Of a stretch of 64,000 nt of DNA, positions 49,649 through 63,677 are shown in pieces. Under the pieces are notes generated by a model. It was given only the letters and a program-made list of their open reading frames with translations. It was not told where the DNA came from and did not search any database. This stretch comes from Octopus vulgaris (taxonomy: Eukaryota). The stretch covers positions 95,666,001-95,730,000 of the forward strand of contig OX597818.1 of assembly GCA_951406725.2 (NCBI GenBank), in the 5' to 3' direction. The position numbers were made by a program, and so were the translations under genes. Position 1 is the first letter of the stretch. Each line of letters starts with the position of its first letter.

Positions 49649-50509
49649 GAGTTTTTAACTAATTGAATGAGAGATGGTTTTGGTTCTTTGGCAATGCCCT
49701 GTTTTAGTCTTAACTGCAATGGTTTGATCTGGTTAACTTCTAGATATTATGGTATTGATCAGTTGATCACCTAAGAAATATTCTGTCCATTGTAACTTTT
49801 TTTTTTGTGATTGTTAATCATATATGCATACACATTTTTTTACTGCATTCACATGACAGCTTTCCCTTTCATGCTGAATTAGTTAACTAGATAGTGTAGG
49901 CCTTGTGATACCAGCCTGTCCAAGATGGCCTCTGGTCCTGAATAACTTAGTAATCAATCAACCTTCATTTAAATTCCTCTAAAAAATGTATTAAGCATCA
50001 AAATTCCATTGTAATTTTATATACAAATTCTGGTCAGATGTTATGGTCAGGAACATATCCTATGTTAACATTGCTAATTTATCAGACTTCTGATAAAACA
50101 CTGGGTTGCTGTCTAACTTCAGATTCAGATGTGCTTTTTCAATTAATATCAAACACAAATGAGCCTCTGTTAAGTTACTAGAAATAGCAGTCAAATCTCT
50201 ACTATCTTAATAAGTTAGTTGTAGCTGGAATGTCTTTTTAGATCAAAGCTTAGGCTTAATTAGCATAAAATACTATTCATTTTGTAAAATATTTTAATTA
50301 ACCTAATGTTGAAGAAAGGAGACTTGTCATTACGTTTTATTTTCATTGTATTTTTGCTGTGATCAATCCCAAATCTTTTGAATCTTTCATACAGTTTACC
50401 TGACTTTTATCTCTATCATCCAGGAGTATCATCAGCAATTTTTTATACTCTACCCATTCTTCTGTGTATTTTTTTGTATTACTATGAAACTTTTTTTTTT
50501 ATTAACCAG

Positions 50510-50588
50510 GATTGTACGTGCATTCCTTATTGAAGAACAGAAGATTGTGGTCCGTGTACTGAAGGCACAAGAAGGCATGAAAAAATAA
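50510..50588 (+). CDS. RPL34: RPL34 last exon
   Basis: ccag|G IVRAFLIEEQKIVVRVLKAQEGMKK*. Confidence 0.97.
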
Positions 50589-50604
50589 ATTTTCATGGCA
50601 TGTT

Positions 50605-50610
50605 AATAAA
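50605..50610 (+). terminator. RPL34 polyadenylation signal
   Basis: AATAAA 16 nt after the stop codon, followed by GT-rich sequence. Confidence 0.7.
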
Positions 50611-50706
50611 TTTTGCTCTGTAAGTCTTGTTGTGTTAGTTATTTATCTCCGGTTTTGGTTACATTTAATGGCATAAAAGTACTGTAATTATTATAAAGAT
50701 ATATAT

Positions 50707-51091
50707 ACTCTTTTACTTGTTTCAGTCATTTGACTGCGGCCATGCTGGAGCACCACCTTTAATCAAGCAACTCGACACCGGGACTTATTCTTTTGTAAGC
50801 CCAGTACTTATTCTATTGGTCTCTTTTGCCGAACCGTTAAGTAACGGGGACATAAACACACCAGCATCGGTTGTCAAGCAATGCTAGGGGGTCAAACACA
50901 GACACACAAACACACACATGCATATATATACATGACGGGCTTCTTTCAGTTTCCGTCTACCAAATCCACTCACAAGGCTTTGGTCGGCCCGAGGCTATAG
51001 TAGAAGACACTTGCCCAAGGTGCCACGCAGTGGGAATGAACCCGGAACCATGTGGTTGGTAAACAAGCTACTTACCACACAGCCACTCCTG
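50707..51091 (-). mobile_element. Full-length SINE (second family)
   Basis: Reverse complement of the element at 23791-24165. Confidence 0.85.
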
Positions 51092-54000
51092 ATATATATA
51101 TATATGTATGTATATATATAATCTTTAATAAAACCAATATTGACACTGTCACCAAAATACATGAAACAATCTAGATCCACCTGTTCATTTTTTTTTCTTT
51201 TCTTTTACATAAAATATTGACATCAATCATATTACATTAGTAGTAATAGCTGAAAGATTATCTGATCTGTTGTCTGTGAGTTGCTAAATGGTATTTACTA
51301 CACATTTGATTCCCAACTTGTTTAAATTTATCTCCTGTTGCATCTTACTTTCCTTGTATTCTTTATTCATCTAATAGTACTCACTTTCTCTAAATACATT
51401 TAGTGCATAACTGTAGAAGTGTGTGCCCTGTTGTTTTCTGCCAGAAAGTTATAAACTTTCTGAAAACGGATGTTTTTTTAATGAAATTTTCTACAAATAT
51501 GTTTCAAGTATGTAGATTAAAATTATAGAGTTCTGGACTTGGGAAAGACAATCTCTGAATGTAAAGGGTTTTCAAATCAAGAAATAACTGCCATGGAGTT
51601 TCAACTTAAGTTTTCAATTTTTTAAATTACATATAATTTTACTCTACATGTGACAAATTTTGCTGAAAATTTCCCCTACAAATTCCGTCTGACCCATGCA
51701 AACATGGAAAAGTGGATATTAAAATGAATCAATGGGGTATATGTGAATTTATTTTACTTAGTAATTTCCTTCAAACATTGATAAATTACAGTATTTTACA
51801 ATAGTTACCCCATATCCATTCAAGTCTAATAATATGCACATGAAGGTTGGCATTTTTTATAGAATTGAGATAATTTTTAATTTTACTTATTTTATCTGTA
51901 ATTATAGTTTTGAGGCAAACTATGTTGTAGATTTCTATAAGAACTTTTGTTGTCCTCATACCACTTCAATATATTAATAAATAAAAATAACATTGTCTTA
52001 GAAAAACTGGTCTTAAATGAACAATTTATAGAATTAAATTGAAATGTATACCAGGTGTATTCTGACCTATGCAAATATGGAACAGTAGGTGTTAAAATGA
52101 TGGTTAATCAAGGAACAAAGTGTCCATGAACATTTATTTACAGGGCCTCCAAAGCTGGTGGACAGAAGGGAAGAAGGTATCTTCAAATTAGCAATCCAGC
52201 CTAAATGCTTGCAACTGAGTTTAATCTTTAAATTTTAATGGTTGTCACTTGATCTGAGAAAACAGCTTGCACAGACGGTTTTTTACTGATCAATGTTTGT
52301 GCTGCACATTAGCTCACTCCTTTCATCAAATAGGCATTTCCTATACAGGTGCACAGTGTGCTACACATCAGTTGTCACTAATCATACAGCTACATGAGAT
52401 AAAGTTCTGCTCAAGAGCATGAGGCATCCATTCCAACTTCCTTTGAATTCCATTAATCCACTACCTTGAACTGGAACTTTTCTTTTTCTTTCTCAACCCT
52501 GAAAAGTGAAGTTGATCACGGTGGGATCTGAACTCAGAGAGAAAAAAACCCAATCCCATGAAGCATTTTGTCTGGCATTAACAACTTTGCCAACTTCTGA
52601 TTAGAAATATTATTAAAAAGGCACTCACACTTAGTCATCAAAGACCTACTTTTCCACCAACCACAGATACTTTACTTATATGTTATATTTGTTGAAGTAT
52701 ACTGCCTTTGTTGAAGATAATTTTTGAATTCATGCTGAATTAACTAGATGATACCAACCTGTCGAAGACGGCCTCTGGTCCTGAATACTAACAATCAACC
52801 TCCATTAAATTCCTCTAAAATGTTTGTAATTAAGCATCAACATGTCAAAAGTTGAAATATACTGCCTTATTTTGAAAATAAATTTGTTATTAAGCAGGTG
52901 TTTGGGACATGAATTAGCATGAAATGCTCTTTTTTAAAGCGATGAAGACTGCTTTAAAACAAGTTTGTATCATAGAACTAGGTGTGATTTTGTGCAGGTC
53001 AGTATAAAAAAAACTCGAATTTTACAGAGTGAAATTTATTAATGGCAAAATATATATTACAATTGGCAATTTTATGAATGTTTTAAATTTTGCCTCATTT
53101 AACTGTTAATCCTTAGTTTATTCAATGTCCATTTTTCAAAATTAGCAAGGGTTGGACAGGCCACTTGTTTAAAGCAATATTTTATGGCTGAATAATCTTG
53201 CTGTCTATTGATCTTCCCTTACAAAGCTTGGGATGGTAGTGAAGAAGTAAATTAGGGCTTTGACATGTGAAAGTAGGTGTATGAATATTGAAGTTCTAAA
53301 ATGTAGGTTAACAAAGAAGCTTGCCATATAAGTATGCAAGTGTGTTTCCTTGTCATATAACATGATAGTTGTAAATGAGTGTCACTGTCATACAAGCAGT
53401 ACCCTTTGTTTCCAGTCTTATGAGAAACATGTTTGGCCACAGTGAAATATTACCTTGCTCAGAAACAGTTGCATGTTGGCAACAGAAGGGGCATTTGGTC
53501 ATGGAAACTGTCTCAACAAATTTTGTATGACCCATACAAACCTGAGAAAGTGGACATTATAACTATGATAATGGTTGCAGAGTGAAACATAGTCAACATA
53601 AGCTAGACTACTGATCTGCATCCACTAAGCTGTGGTTGAGAAGTTTGCTTCCTGACAACATGGTTTGAGTTGAATCCCACTGTGTGGCACTTTGGGCAAA
53701 TGTTTTCTACAATAGCCCAGACTGATCCAATCTTTCAGTGGATTTGGTTGGCAGAAACTCAAAGCAGCCTGTCATATTCATGTTTGTGGCTCTTTGTCTT
53801 GACATTGCATTGTAGTTGTAAACCAGTGTTACTGTCTTATAAGTGGTGTTGTTCATCTCCAATCCTGTGGAAACGCTTGATGGGGTATCTGGCCATAGAA
53901 AATCAGCTTGAATTCTGTCTGACCCATGCAAGCATGGAAAAGTGGATGTTAAAAAATGACAATATAATTATTACAGAGAGATTAAATATATTTTGAAAAT

Positions 54001-54122
54001 GTTTGCCAAAGAGTAGCAACAGGGTTTAGACCAGATCTTGAACATCCCAGAAGCACAGTGTACTGGTCTCTACTATTCTACAGTAAGTTTCCAATCCTAC
54101 ACTCAAGGAACCATGAGTTTTA

Positions 54123-54212
54123 TCACTGCTCTTCAGTTGGCTGCAAGGTTCTTATGTTTTTTGTTTCAACAATTTCCATTTGGTTATCAGCATTAAACTT
54201 GACAGGTTCCAC
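54123..54212 (-). CDS. Putative last exon of an uncharacterised saposin-like protein
   Basis: ttttccgtcag| VEPVKFNADNQMEIVETKNIRTLQPTEEQ*; phase 0 matches the upstream donor. Confidence 0.6.
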   Translation of the reverse strand: MEPVKFNADNQMEIVETKNIRTLQPTEEQ

Positions 54213-54281
54213 CTGACGGAAAAATAACCAATATAAGAGATTTTTAACAAACACTAAGAGGTAAAGATGGACTAACAAATA

Positions 54282-54483
54282 TGAGGGGGTGCTGAAAAGT
54301 TCCTGGTTTTAAGGGTATTGTGAAAGGCCTGGTTGGAGGCCCAGCCTTCAGATCTTTTATAGGGCTTAGAAAATCTGAAGGACTGCTGCACAGTAAGTGG
54401 GAATATGTTGAATAAAATAATAATTAACTGGTCCTCTTGTATTTTCTATTACCCAAAGCCAGTAACTTTTCAGCACCCATTTG
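54282..54483. mobile_element. Tc1/mariner MITE (partial copy ~59975-60060)
   Basis: TA-flanked TIRs GGGTGCTGAAAAGTT / AACTTTTCAGCACCC. Confidence 0.7.
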
Positions 54484-55295
54484 TACTAAATTTTCTCTAA
54501 ATTCAAATTCCCTGCTTTGCAGTACATTTAAGTTCTGTATAAGCATAGTTAACTGATAACATTAAATAAACTGGCATCTTGATTAGGAAATCTGGAGTTT
54601 ACAGAGACATAGGGTAGTGAATGGGGAATATCTGCTTTGTCTGTGGAAAGCAATATTTAAGGACACAAAACAAGTTAATGAGCTGATACAGAATAAATAT
54701 ATAGAATAGTATCCATATGTATTTAACCTCAGTTAAACTGGAACAGCATGGACCTTTTTGGCAGCCTGTGATGAGGGTCAGTCTGATCGTCCCAAAATGT
54801 CAAGATATAGTAAGGGAAGGTTATTAATTAGAATATATATAAAAAAGACTTGTCAGGTACAAATAAGACGTGTACAACAGAGTTCCTTAGGACTTTGGGA
54901 AATGTTTTCCAATGCCATTATACTAATATAATTGCAGTGCAAGGTTAAGGTAGATAACTCCCATTATAATAACAGTGGTGCCTTTGGATATTGAGCTAGA
55001 AATAGTAAGGCATATCATATCTTGCTGTAAAAACAATTATCCCAATAAACTAATCTCTTTCTCGCAAAAATTAGAAAATATATTTAAAATCTGGATATTT
55101 CATATCCAGTCAACAATCTTTCAATTTTTCTTTGTCTCAAACATGTTTTTGCTGGATCAGGGTTGAAACAACACAGGTTGAAAAAAGTTTGCTGTGAAGT
55201 CTAAATTATAAAACTGATCCCATTTATTTTGATTACACTTTCCTTGACTTCTATTGTTTATGTCAAAATACTTTGTAAACAAAAATGAGACTTAC

Positions 55296-55432
55296 ATTGG
55301 TTTGGTCCTCATTGTATTGACACTGTTCTAGTTTCTTGTAACACACATCTTGGATGAGTTTTAAATAGCTGACAGGTTCAACACTCTCATAATGTTCAAT
55401 AAAGGCTTCTTTAAAGATATCACCATGGTTGG
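55296..55432 (-). CDS. Exon of uncharacterised saposin-like protein
   Basis: tttcacag|...|gtaagt; NHGDIFKEAFIEHYESVEPVSYLKLIQDVCYKKLEQCQYNEDQTN; phase compatible on both sides. Confidence 0.72.
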
Positions 55433-55948
55433 CTGTGAAAGAATAGAAGCAGATGGAAACTAGTGTGTAACAGAATATACTATATTAACAAAAGCTGATG
55501 AATATATATACATGTATATCTAAGTTTTTATGTTGTATAGAAGAATATATTAATCAATGAAATTCCAACTTAGTTTGATTTTCATATTTTATTATTTACA
55601 ATCTGTACAATATTGAACTAAACTAGTACTTTCAATTGTGGAACATGACTGTCAATACATAAACCTGATGATTGCATAACTTATGAAAGTACTACTTTAT
55701 TTCAGTATTGTAAAATTGTTATTTCATCTGTCTTTATGTTCTGAGTTCAAATCCCACCGAGGTTAGCTTTGCCTTTCATCCTTTCAGGATTGATAAATTA
55801 AACACCCGTTGTGTACTGGGGTTGATGTAATCAACTGGCCCCCTCCCTCATTGGGCTTTGTGCCTAGAGTGGAAAAGAATATTGTAAATCAGAGTAACTT
55901 GGAATTTCATTGATTAATATAATATATATATATATGTGTGTGTGTATC

Positions 55949-55982
<34 letters not shown>

Positions 55983-56159
55983 GTTGTCTCTCAGTTTTAC
56001 TGGTAGATTAGTTCTGCGAGTTATTGCGTAAGTTGAAATTGTATCAACAGAAGCAAATGTATTTTTAATATCACAAATAAGAAACAAAATTTGAACAATC
56101 CTTTATTGAAATGGGTATAATAAATATGATTATCACGTGTGTGTGTATGTGGATATACA

Positions 56160-57800
56160 TATCCACATACAAGGGAATCTGATTTCCTTAAGTGTCCCAG
56201 TCACTCTCTGGAAGTTGTAGATCATTTTTTCTACCTAGGTTACCTAATTAGCAGTGGAGGAGGCTACACAGAAAGTGTAATTGCTAGAATAAGATTAGGG
56301 TGGAGAAAATTCAGAGGGCTTTTATCTCTGTTGGCAACTAAAAGTTTCTCTCCATATGAAGGGAAGATTGTATGATGCATGTGCACAAATTGCAATGCTG
56401 CAGGGTAGTGGGATATGGGCCTTGAATGCAGAGGACATGCAAAGACTGGAGAGAAGTGAAGCTGGTATGCTCTACTGGATATGCAATATCAATGTGCGTG
56501 TATGACAGAGCATTGGTGTATTGAGAGAGAAGTTGGGCATAAGAGGAATTAAGATGCAACATGCAAGAGAAGAGACTGCACTGGTTTGGTCATGTGATGT
56601 GGATGGATGAACACAATTACTTAAAGAAGTGCCAATTGTTTAAAGTGGAAGGAAGTTGCTGAAGAGGAAGATATGGGACAAAGTAGTGAAGGGTGATTTC
56701 AAAATGCTGAACATTATGAAGGAGAACTGAGATATGTGGCGCAATGCTGTACTCAAGAAGATCCATCCATCACTACAGAATTAAGATCCTAAAACCAAGG
56801 TGCCATGTAAAAAGCATTAGTTCGGGTGCTGGTTCCATATAAAAAGCGCTGATGATGGTCCCATGTAAAAAGCACCCAGTACACTTTGTGGATTGGTTGG
56901 CATTAGGAAGATCATCCAGCTGTAGCAGGCAAGCCAAAGCAGACTATGGAACGTGTTGCAGCCCCTGGCCACATCAGTTCCCATTAAGTCATCTAATACA
57001 TTCCAGCATGGAAAACAGACATCAATTGTTGATGATGATGTATATATGTTGATATATATATATATAAGTGTCTTGAGAGAAAAATTGGGCATAAATGGCA
57101 TTAGATGTACAAGAGAGACAACTGCGCTGGTATGGTCATGTGATGCATATGGACGAGGACAACTGTGTAAAGCGCTGATCTCTAACTGTAAAAGGAAAAT
57201 GTGGAAGGGGTAGATTCAGGAAGACACTGGACGAGGTGGTGAAGTGTTATCTTCAAACATTGGGTCTCATGGAGGCAATGACTAGTGACCAAGACCATTG
57301 GTGATATGCTATACCTGAGAAAACCCTTCAAGCTAAGTGAAACCATAGTCATGGCCAATGCCAGTGTCACGTAACAGGCACCTAAACCGGTGGCATGTAA
57401 GAAGCACCTTTCAAGCATTGGGGCTCACAGAAGCAATGTGACAAATACCAGTGTCACATAACTAGCACCTGTGCTGGTGTTGTATAACTAGACCCATTGC
57501 TGGTGGTATGTAAAAAGCACTTTTCGAGTGTTGGCTCTCACAGAGTAAATGACAAACGACCAAAACCTTCAGCAATATACCATACTTGAATAGAAGACCC
57601 ATCAAGTCAAGTATAATCATGGTTGTGGAAGGTACTGGTGACATGCAACTGGCACATAAAAGCACTTATTACACTCTTGGAGTAGCTGGCATTAGGAAGA
57701 CTAGCTGTAGACACCTTGCCAAATCAGACTGGAGTCTGGTGCAGCCCCTCAGCTTACCAGCTCTGGTCAAACTGTCCAACCCATGCCAGCATGGACAACA
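56160..57800 (+). mobile_element. Decayed RTE LINE 3' fragments and associated repeats
   Basis: LEVVDHFFYLG...ARIRLGWRKF and LREKLGI...LHWFGHV-like remnants with frameshifts. Confidence 0.7.
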
Positions 57801-59369
57801 GACGTTAAATGATGATGATGATGATATATATATATGTGTGTGTGTGTATGTATGTATGTATACACACAGAATGCACCAGGAAACCAAGAACAAAATACAG
57901 AAAAAAATACCCAGGGCACTACACAAAAAAGACAGGATACCCTCAGAATAACTGGTACAGCCATATACCCAACTACATCAGTCAAACAGGCCATTCAACA
58001 AAACCACTCTCAGTCCAAATGATGACCTCAATGTTGTTACAGAAGCACATATATATCAGGATTAATTAATTGCTTTCATCCTGAGCCAATATAAATAATT
58101 ATAGATACAACAGTCACAGAGTGATTAATGTAATTAGTTTACACACTGTAATTAATTAATCAGATGTTCAAGATGTGATTGGTAATAAAAGAAGATGCTT
58201 GCTTGAGAAGACGTATATGAAGACAAGAACGTAGCAATGGCGATGTGGATATGTTATCACTATGGTTACTGTGAATGTCTGATATGTTAATTGAAACAGG
58301 TGGCAACAAGTTGTGGTGGTAGTGGTAGTGGTGTTAATAAGATGTAGGGTCCTAATGTGGACAAAGAATGGTAATGTTATTATATATTAGATATTGTTTA
58401 TTGATGTAGTCTGGAGACAATCAAGAAGGGAGGGATGGGGAGGTAGCAGAAATTGTGACAAATCTAGATCTTTGAATTTCAAGAATAATATACTATACTT
58501 ACATGTAGTACCTATGCACTGTACATATTCAAGGTATCTATATACTGTATTCACAAAGTCACCTATATATTGTACCCACATAAGGTACTTGTACTGACAT
58601 AAAGTGCCTATATATATTAAATTCTTAAAGTACGTAATTGCTGTTCCTACACAACACATAATCATTGTCATCATCATCATCATGTAATGTCTGCTTTACC
58701 ATGTTTGCATAGGTTAGATGCAATTTTATTGAAGCAGATTTTTTTCTAGGGTTGAATGCCTTTCCTGTTGCCAACCCCCATCTGTTTTCAGGTAAGGTAA
58801 TATTTTCCCATGGCCAGATATATTTACAACATCAATTTTATGATAGTGATGCTTGTTTACAACTGGCACATGGGGTCAAGACAATGGTACACTCAAACAC
58901 AGATATATCCACTTTCCGTGTTGGCATGGGTTGGACGGTTTGACTGGGGACTGGTGAGCCAGATGGCTGCATCATGCTCCAGTCTGATCTGGCATAGTTT
59001 CTACAGCTGGATGCTCTTTCTAATGCCAACCACTCTGAGAGTGTAGTGGGTGCTTTTACATGCCACCAGCACGAGGGTCAGTTAGGCAATACTGGCAACA
59101 GCCATGCTCAAACAGTGTTTTTCACGTGTCATCTGCACAGGAGCCAGTCCAGCGGCACTGGCAACAACCTTGCTCAAATGTTGTTTTTCACATGCCATTG
59201 GCACAAGTGCTAGGAAGGCAACTCTAGTAACGATCACACTCGAATGGTGCTTTTTACATGCCACCGGCATGGAGGCCACTCAGTGGCCCTGGCAACGATC
59301 ATGCTCGGATGGTGCTCTTAGCGTTCCACTAGCACGGATGCCAATCACGTGGTACTGTCATCGAATTTG

Positions 59370-59465
59370 ATTTATATATGTGTATATTATTTATATATAT
59401 GCATATATTATTTATATACACATATACACACACATACATATATATATATACACATACGTATATAT

Positions 59466-59499
<34 letters not shown>

Positions 59500-59645
59500 A
59501 TACACATATATACACGCACACATATATATACACACCTACATAATATATATAAACACACATATACAAGCATATGCATACATCTATACATACATATATGTAT
59601 TAATGTGGATGAGTGTGTATATATACATATATATATATTATATAC
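59370..59645. repeat. (TA)n/(CA)n compound microsatellite
   Basis: Seen directly in the sequence. Confidence 0.95.
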
Positions 59646-60867
59646 ACGTGACAACAGCTTCTACACAGCTTCTGTTAACCAATAAAGAAAGCTGTCTAAC
59701 CTAAATCTACCAAGTCCAAATCCTGTCAGAGATGATTTTACACTTATCTCTAAAAGACCAAGTCAGTATTAATATATGCCTAGGGAACTGATTTAATCCA
59801 CTTCAACCAATCAGTCCCACACCATTTGACTTTATTTACACCAATAAACTACTTATATTTGAGTAATACTGTAGAACAAAAAAGAAACAATGAAAAACAA
59901 AAGCAATACCACCACTAACAACAACAACATCTACAGAAAAGATAAGAATAGCTTGGGGATATAATAGAGTGAGAGGGGAATATGTTGAATAAAATCATAA
60001 TTAACTGATCCACCTGTACTTTCTTTTAATCAGAGCCAGGAACTTTTCAGCACCCTCTCATACAAAGCTTTGGTCAGCTTGGGACTATAATAGAAGACGC
60101 CTAAGATACCACACACAGCCATGCCTGTGCCATCTGTAGGTTAAACAGTAAATACACTATGTAGGTATGAATACAAAAATTATTAAAAATCTCAACAAGC
60201 CCTTTATTAATGTTACTATTTTATGCATATAAAAATACTTTTTTAACTGCTTTCTCTCTCACTCTCCTGTCCTCCTTCAGTTATAGGGACCGTTTTAGGC
60301 TCTTTAGTTGTAAAGGTGACCTAACTAGTGGTGCTATGCAAAAAACACCTAGTACACCCTGTAAAGTGGTTGGCATTAGGGAAACCATACCAAACATTGG
60401 AGCATAATGTAATCATCAGATTCTGCTGAACTGTCCAGCCTATACCAGCATTTAGAGCCGATATTAAACAATAATGATGATGATAGCATGTACATTGTGT
60501 GTGTGTGTGTGTGTATACAGAGAGAGAGAGACTTGTGTGGGGGAAGTATATATGTATCATGTGTAAATAGACTGTGCAAAGCTTTACATTAAAGAATATT
60601 TTATAACTTTGCTTCAGGGTGGCCATGTGAATCAAGAGAAAGCAACACTATCAATGGAGTTGTATTTAGCCACAGACCCGAGTCTTTTAAATATCTTAAT
60701 CAGTCTTTTAATTTGATCCTCTGCAGCCTGGTTCTGACATAAGTTTCATATGATGATTAGTGGGTAATAAACAGTGTCTTGAATGTTAGCCATCAACCAG
60801 GTAAATGCTGCATTTTACTTACAACAGCTTCTCTTGAAACAATAACATTTAGATATATTTGACTTAC

Positions 60868-61020
60868 CTAAGAGCTCCTTGCAGGCTGTTAGCCTTAAAG
60901 GGTCATCCTGCATAAGTTTGTTGTCATTTGGGTTACATATAGAGTTTAGTGATTTGGACACTGCTGCTTCTATGCTATAGTGACCTTTACGTCCAATAAT
61001 CTGCAACCAGCGGTCAAGTT
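60868..61020 (-). CDS. Exon of uncharacterised saposin-like protein (acceptor uncertain: 61000, 61020 or 61041)
   Basis: LDRWLQIIGRKGHYSIEAAVSKSLNSICNPNDNKLMQDDPLRLTACKELL|gtaagt; splices in frame to 55432. Confidence 0.7.
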
Positions 61021-62844
61021 CTTCAAAACAATGAAAAGTTACTGTTTAGTATTAATTTACAGATGGTTCTATGTGTATGTATATACAAACTATGTACACA
61101 CACACACATTCACTCTTCTATATGAATCATAACATACAGGATTCCCACTTTGTCTACAAACATTCCACAAAAACAGATAAATACACACTGACTCTGACAC
61201 TAGCACTTGCATATCAACTCTAACAGCAGCACAACCACACATACAAACTAATTCTTTTGCACACATACATAGGTTCTAACATATATATTCATATACCCCT
61301 AAAGTAACACCAGTATACACATATATATATTATACATGTTAACACACATTGTAATCCTTAGATATAATTGCATCAGCATATCAGTAGTTTGGAGAGGTGT
61401 AGATGGCTGGGAAGTAGAGGTACATTGGTGGTTAGCTGAGATTGTAGTGAGGGCGTGAGTTTTAGTTGAGTTATTTTATTGCAGCTATGTTCCCTATGTT
61501 TTCTGAGAGGTTAGTTACTAAGCTAATTTATCCTGGGACATTACTACAGTGAAAGTTTTGGTGTTGACCCAGCTATAGTATCTTCTAACTCTTTGTTGTA
61601 AAGTGCCTAAGAGAAAGATAGGGAGAGGTATTAAGTATGTGAAAGAGAAAGAGTGTGTATGTGTTTGATGTGTTTTATGTGTGTGAAAGAGAGAGGCAGG
61701 AAGAGCAATAGACTTTGCTTTCTCGTTCCAAAACCAGCCTTCATCTAGCCATCAATGCTTTCATTATCAAGAAGCAGTTTGACCCTTGCCTAATTAAGAT
61801 AACACATCCTCTAACCAATCACTTGACCTCCATAGTACTTGAAGACAGTTAACTGGTTAGATATTGTTCATAGCTATTCAGACTATCTTTGTTTATAGAC
61901 GTTTCAACCATGGCCCCTCCAAAAGAGCAAAGTAGGAGACCAAAACCTTCTTCCTAGGTATGTTCCTTCACATCTTTCATACAACTAAATCCCATAATCT
62001 ACAAAACACCTATGTGAAGCAGTACAAAGAATACAGTCTGTGATTCTTTGACAAAGTCACCAACCACAGTCAGCTAAGATTTTAATGGACACCACAACAC
62101 AGATAAAACAACCCCCATAAAATCAAAAGAAGCTGTTAAGCATTACAGTTTGAAAACTTTCTTCCCACCTAAATTACAGCCAGAATTTGTGGTCTGGTGT
62201 TAAGCTGGCTTGTAATAGCCATACAGAATATTCTGCTCCTATCCTCCATAGCTCACTTAACCCTTTTGTTAACATATTGTAGTGTGATTGAAGAAAAGGA
62301 CAACAGAAAAAGAAGCAAACGGGAGAAAGAAATACAAAAGGCCTTACCTGTTGACCTCGGCAGAATGAGTGGTCACTCACGAAATAGACGTCTTTTCTCC
62401 CTGCTCGAACTGCCCACACGTGCTTCCTGCCCATGCATGCCCCTTTCACTCTTCCGCCGGCCCCTGCAGTCTTCACTTCCTTTTTGCCTCATCTACCATC
62501 CTCTCCACCAACACCACATAGCTCATCACAGCCCATAACACCGCTAACATCACACATATTTAGGTTGAAATATAGTGTTTGTTTCAGTTAACGAGCATTT
62601 TATTAAAATAACTTTGTCATTACTAAAATGGTAGTTTGGAATATAAATTAGCATGGGATTTTGATGGACAGTTTTAAAAGTGGATCACTTTAAAAAGGCA
62701 TTTGTATCATAAAAACAAAAGCAGTTCTAGGTAGGTCAGTGTCAAAAGTGCTTGACTAATGACATTCCTCTTAAAATAGCATCCACATTAGTTGCTGGTT
62801 TTTGCTTATATATCCACTTTACATACATACAATGTTTGTAACCC

Positions 62845-63196
62845 AGTGGTTAGGGCAGCGGACTCGCGGTTTCGATTCCCAGACCGGGCGTTGTGAGTGT
62901 TTATTGAGCGAAGACACCTAAAGCTCCACGAGGCTCCGGCAGGGGATGGTGGTGATCTCTGCTGTACTCTTTCACCACAACTCTCTCTCTTTCTTACTTC
63001 CTGTTTCTGTTGTACCTGTATTTCAAAGGGCCGGCCTTGTCACTCTCTGTGTCATGCTGAATATCCCCGAGAACTACGTTAAGGGTACACGTGTCTGTGG
63101 AGTGCTCAGCCACTTACACGTTAATTTCATGAGCAGGCTGTTCCGTTGTTCGGATCAACCGGAACCCTCGTCGTCGTAACCGATGGAGTGCTTCCC
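62845..63196 (+). mobile_element. tRNA-derived SINE (related decayed copies ~9900-10115 and 10320-10570)
   Basis: cagtggttagggcagcggactcgcggtttcgattcccagaccgggcg head; body shared with the other copies. Confidence 0.75.
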
Positions 63197-63251
63197 TCAT
63201 ACAAACAACTTATTCAAAGTTACTTCTTCATTCCACCTTATCACTACCATG

Positions 63252-63677
63252 GGCAATCTTTCGTCTCTAGTAGACCTTTCCGTCGATTTCCGTAAAAAAA
63301 TTTATTTTTTTTACATATGGGCTTGCGGGAACTTTTGAAGTAATGAGAGTGAAAGAGACTAAGAGAAAGCGATTGTATGACGAGGGAAGTTCTTTTGAAG
63401 TTACCGTGCATGGGAAGCATTGATGTACATATGTGTGTGTGTGTGTGTTTGATGGGGTGTGGGAGACAGACAGTATGTTGTGTAAGTGAAGTGCTTCTGT
63501 TAGTGTGTGTGAAGAGACAGAGTAATGTGTGAAAGAAAGAGATAACTGAAATTTTTTACTCGGTGTATGTGTATATGTATGTATATTACTTCAAAAGTTC
63601 CCGCAAGCCCATATGTAAAAAAAAAAAAAATTTTTACGGAAATCGACGGAAAGGTCTACTAGAGACGAAAGATCGCC
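63252..63677. mobile_element. Young Merlin-like MITE
   Basis: ~90-bp near-perfect TIRs starting GGCAA/GGCGA; perfect 8-bp TSD CTACCATG at 63244-63251 and 63678-63685. Confidence 0.85.

Noticed and set aside
62174-62538. GC-richer overlapping ORFs (100 and 113 aa)
   Set aside because: No recognisable protein or consistent splice phases; the segment sits inside a piggyBac-type MITE remnant and is probably a repeat insertion.
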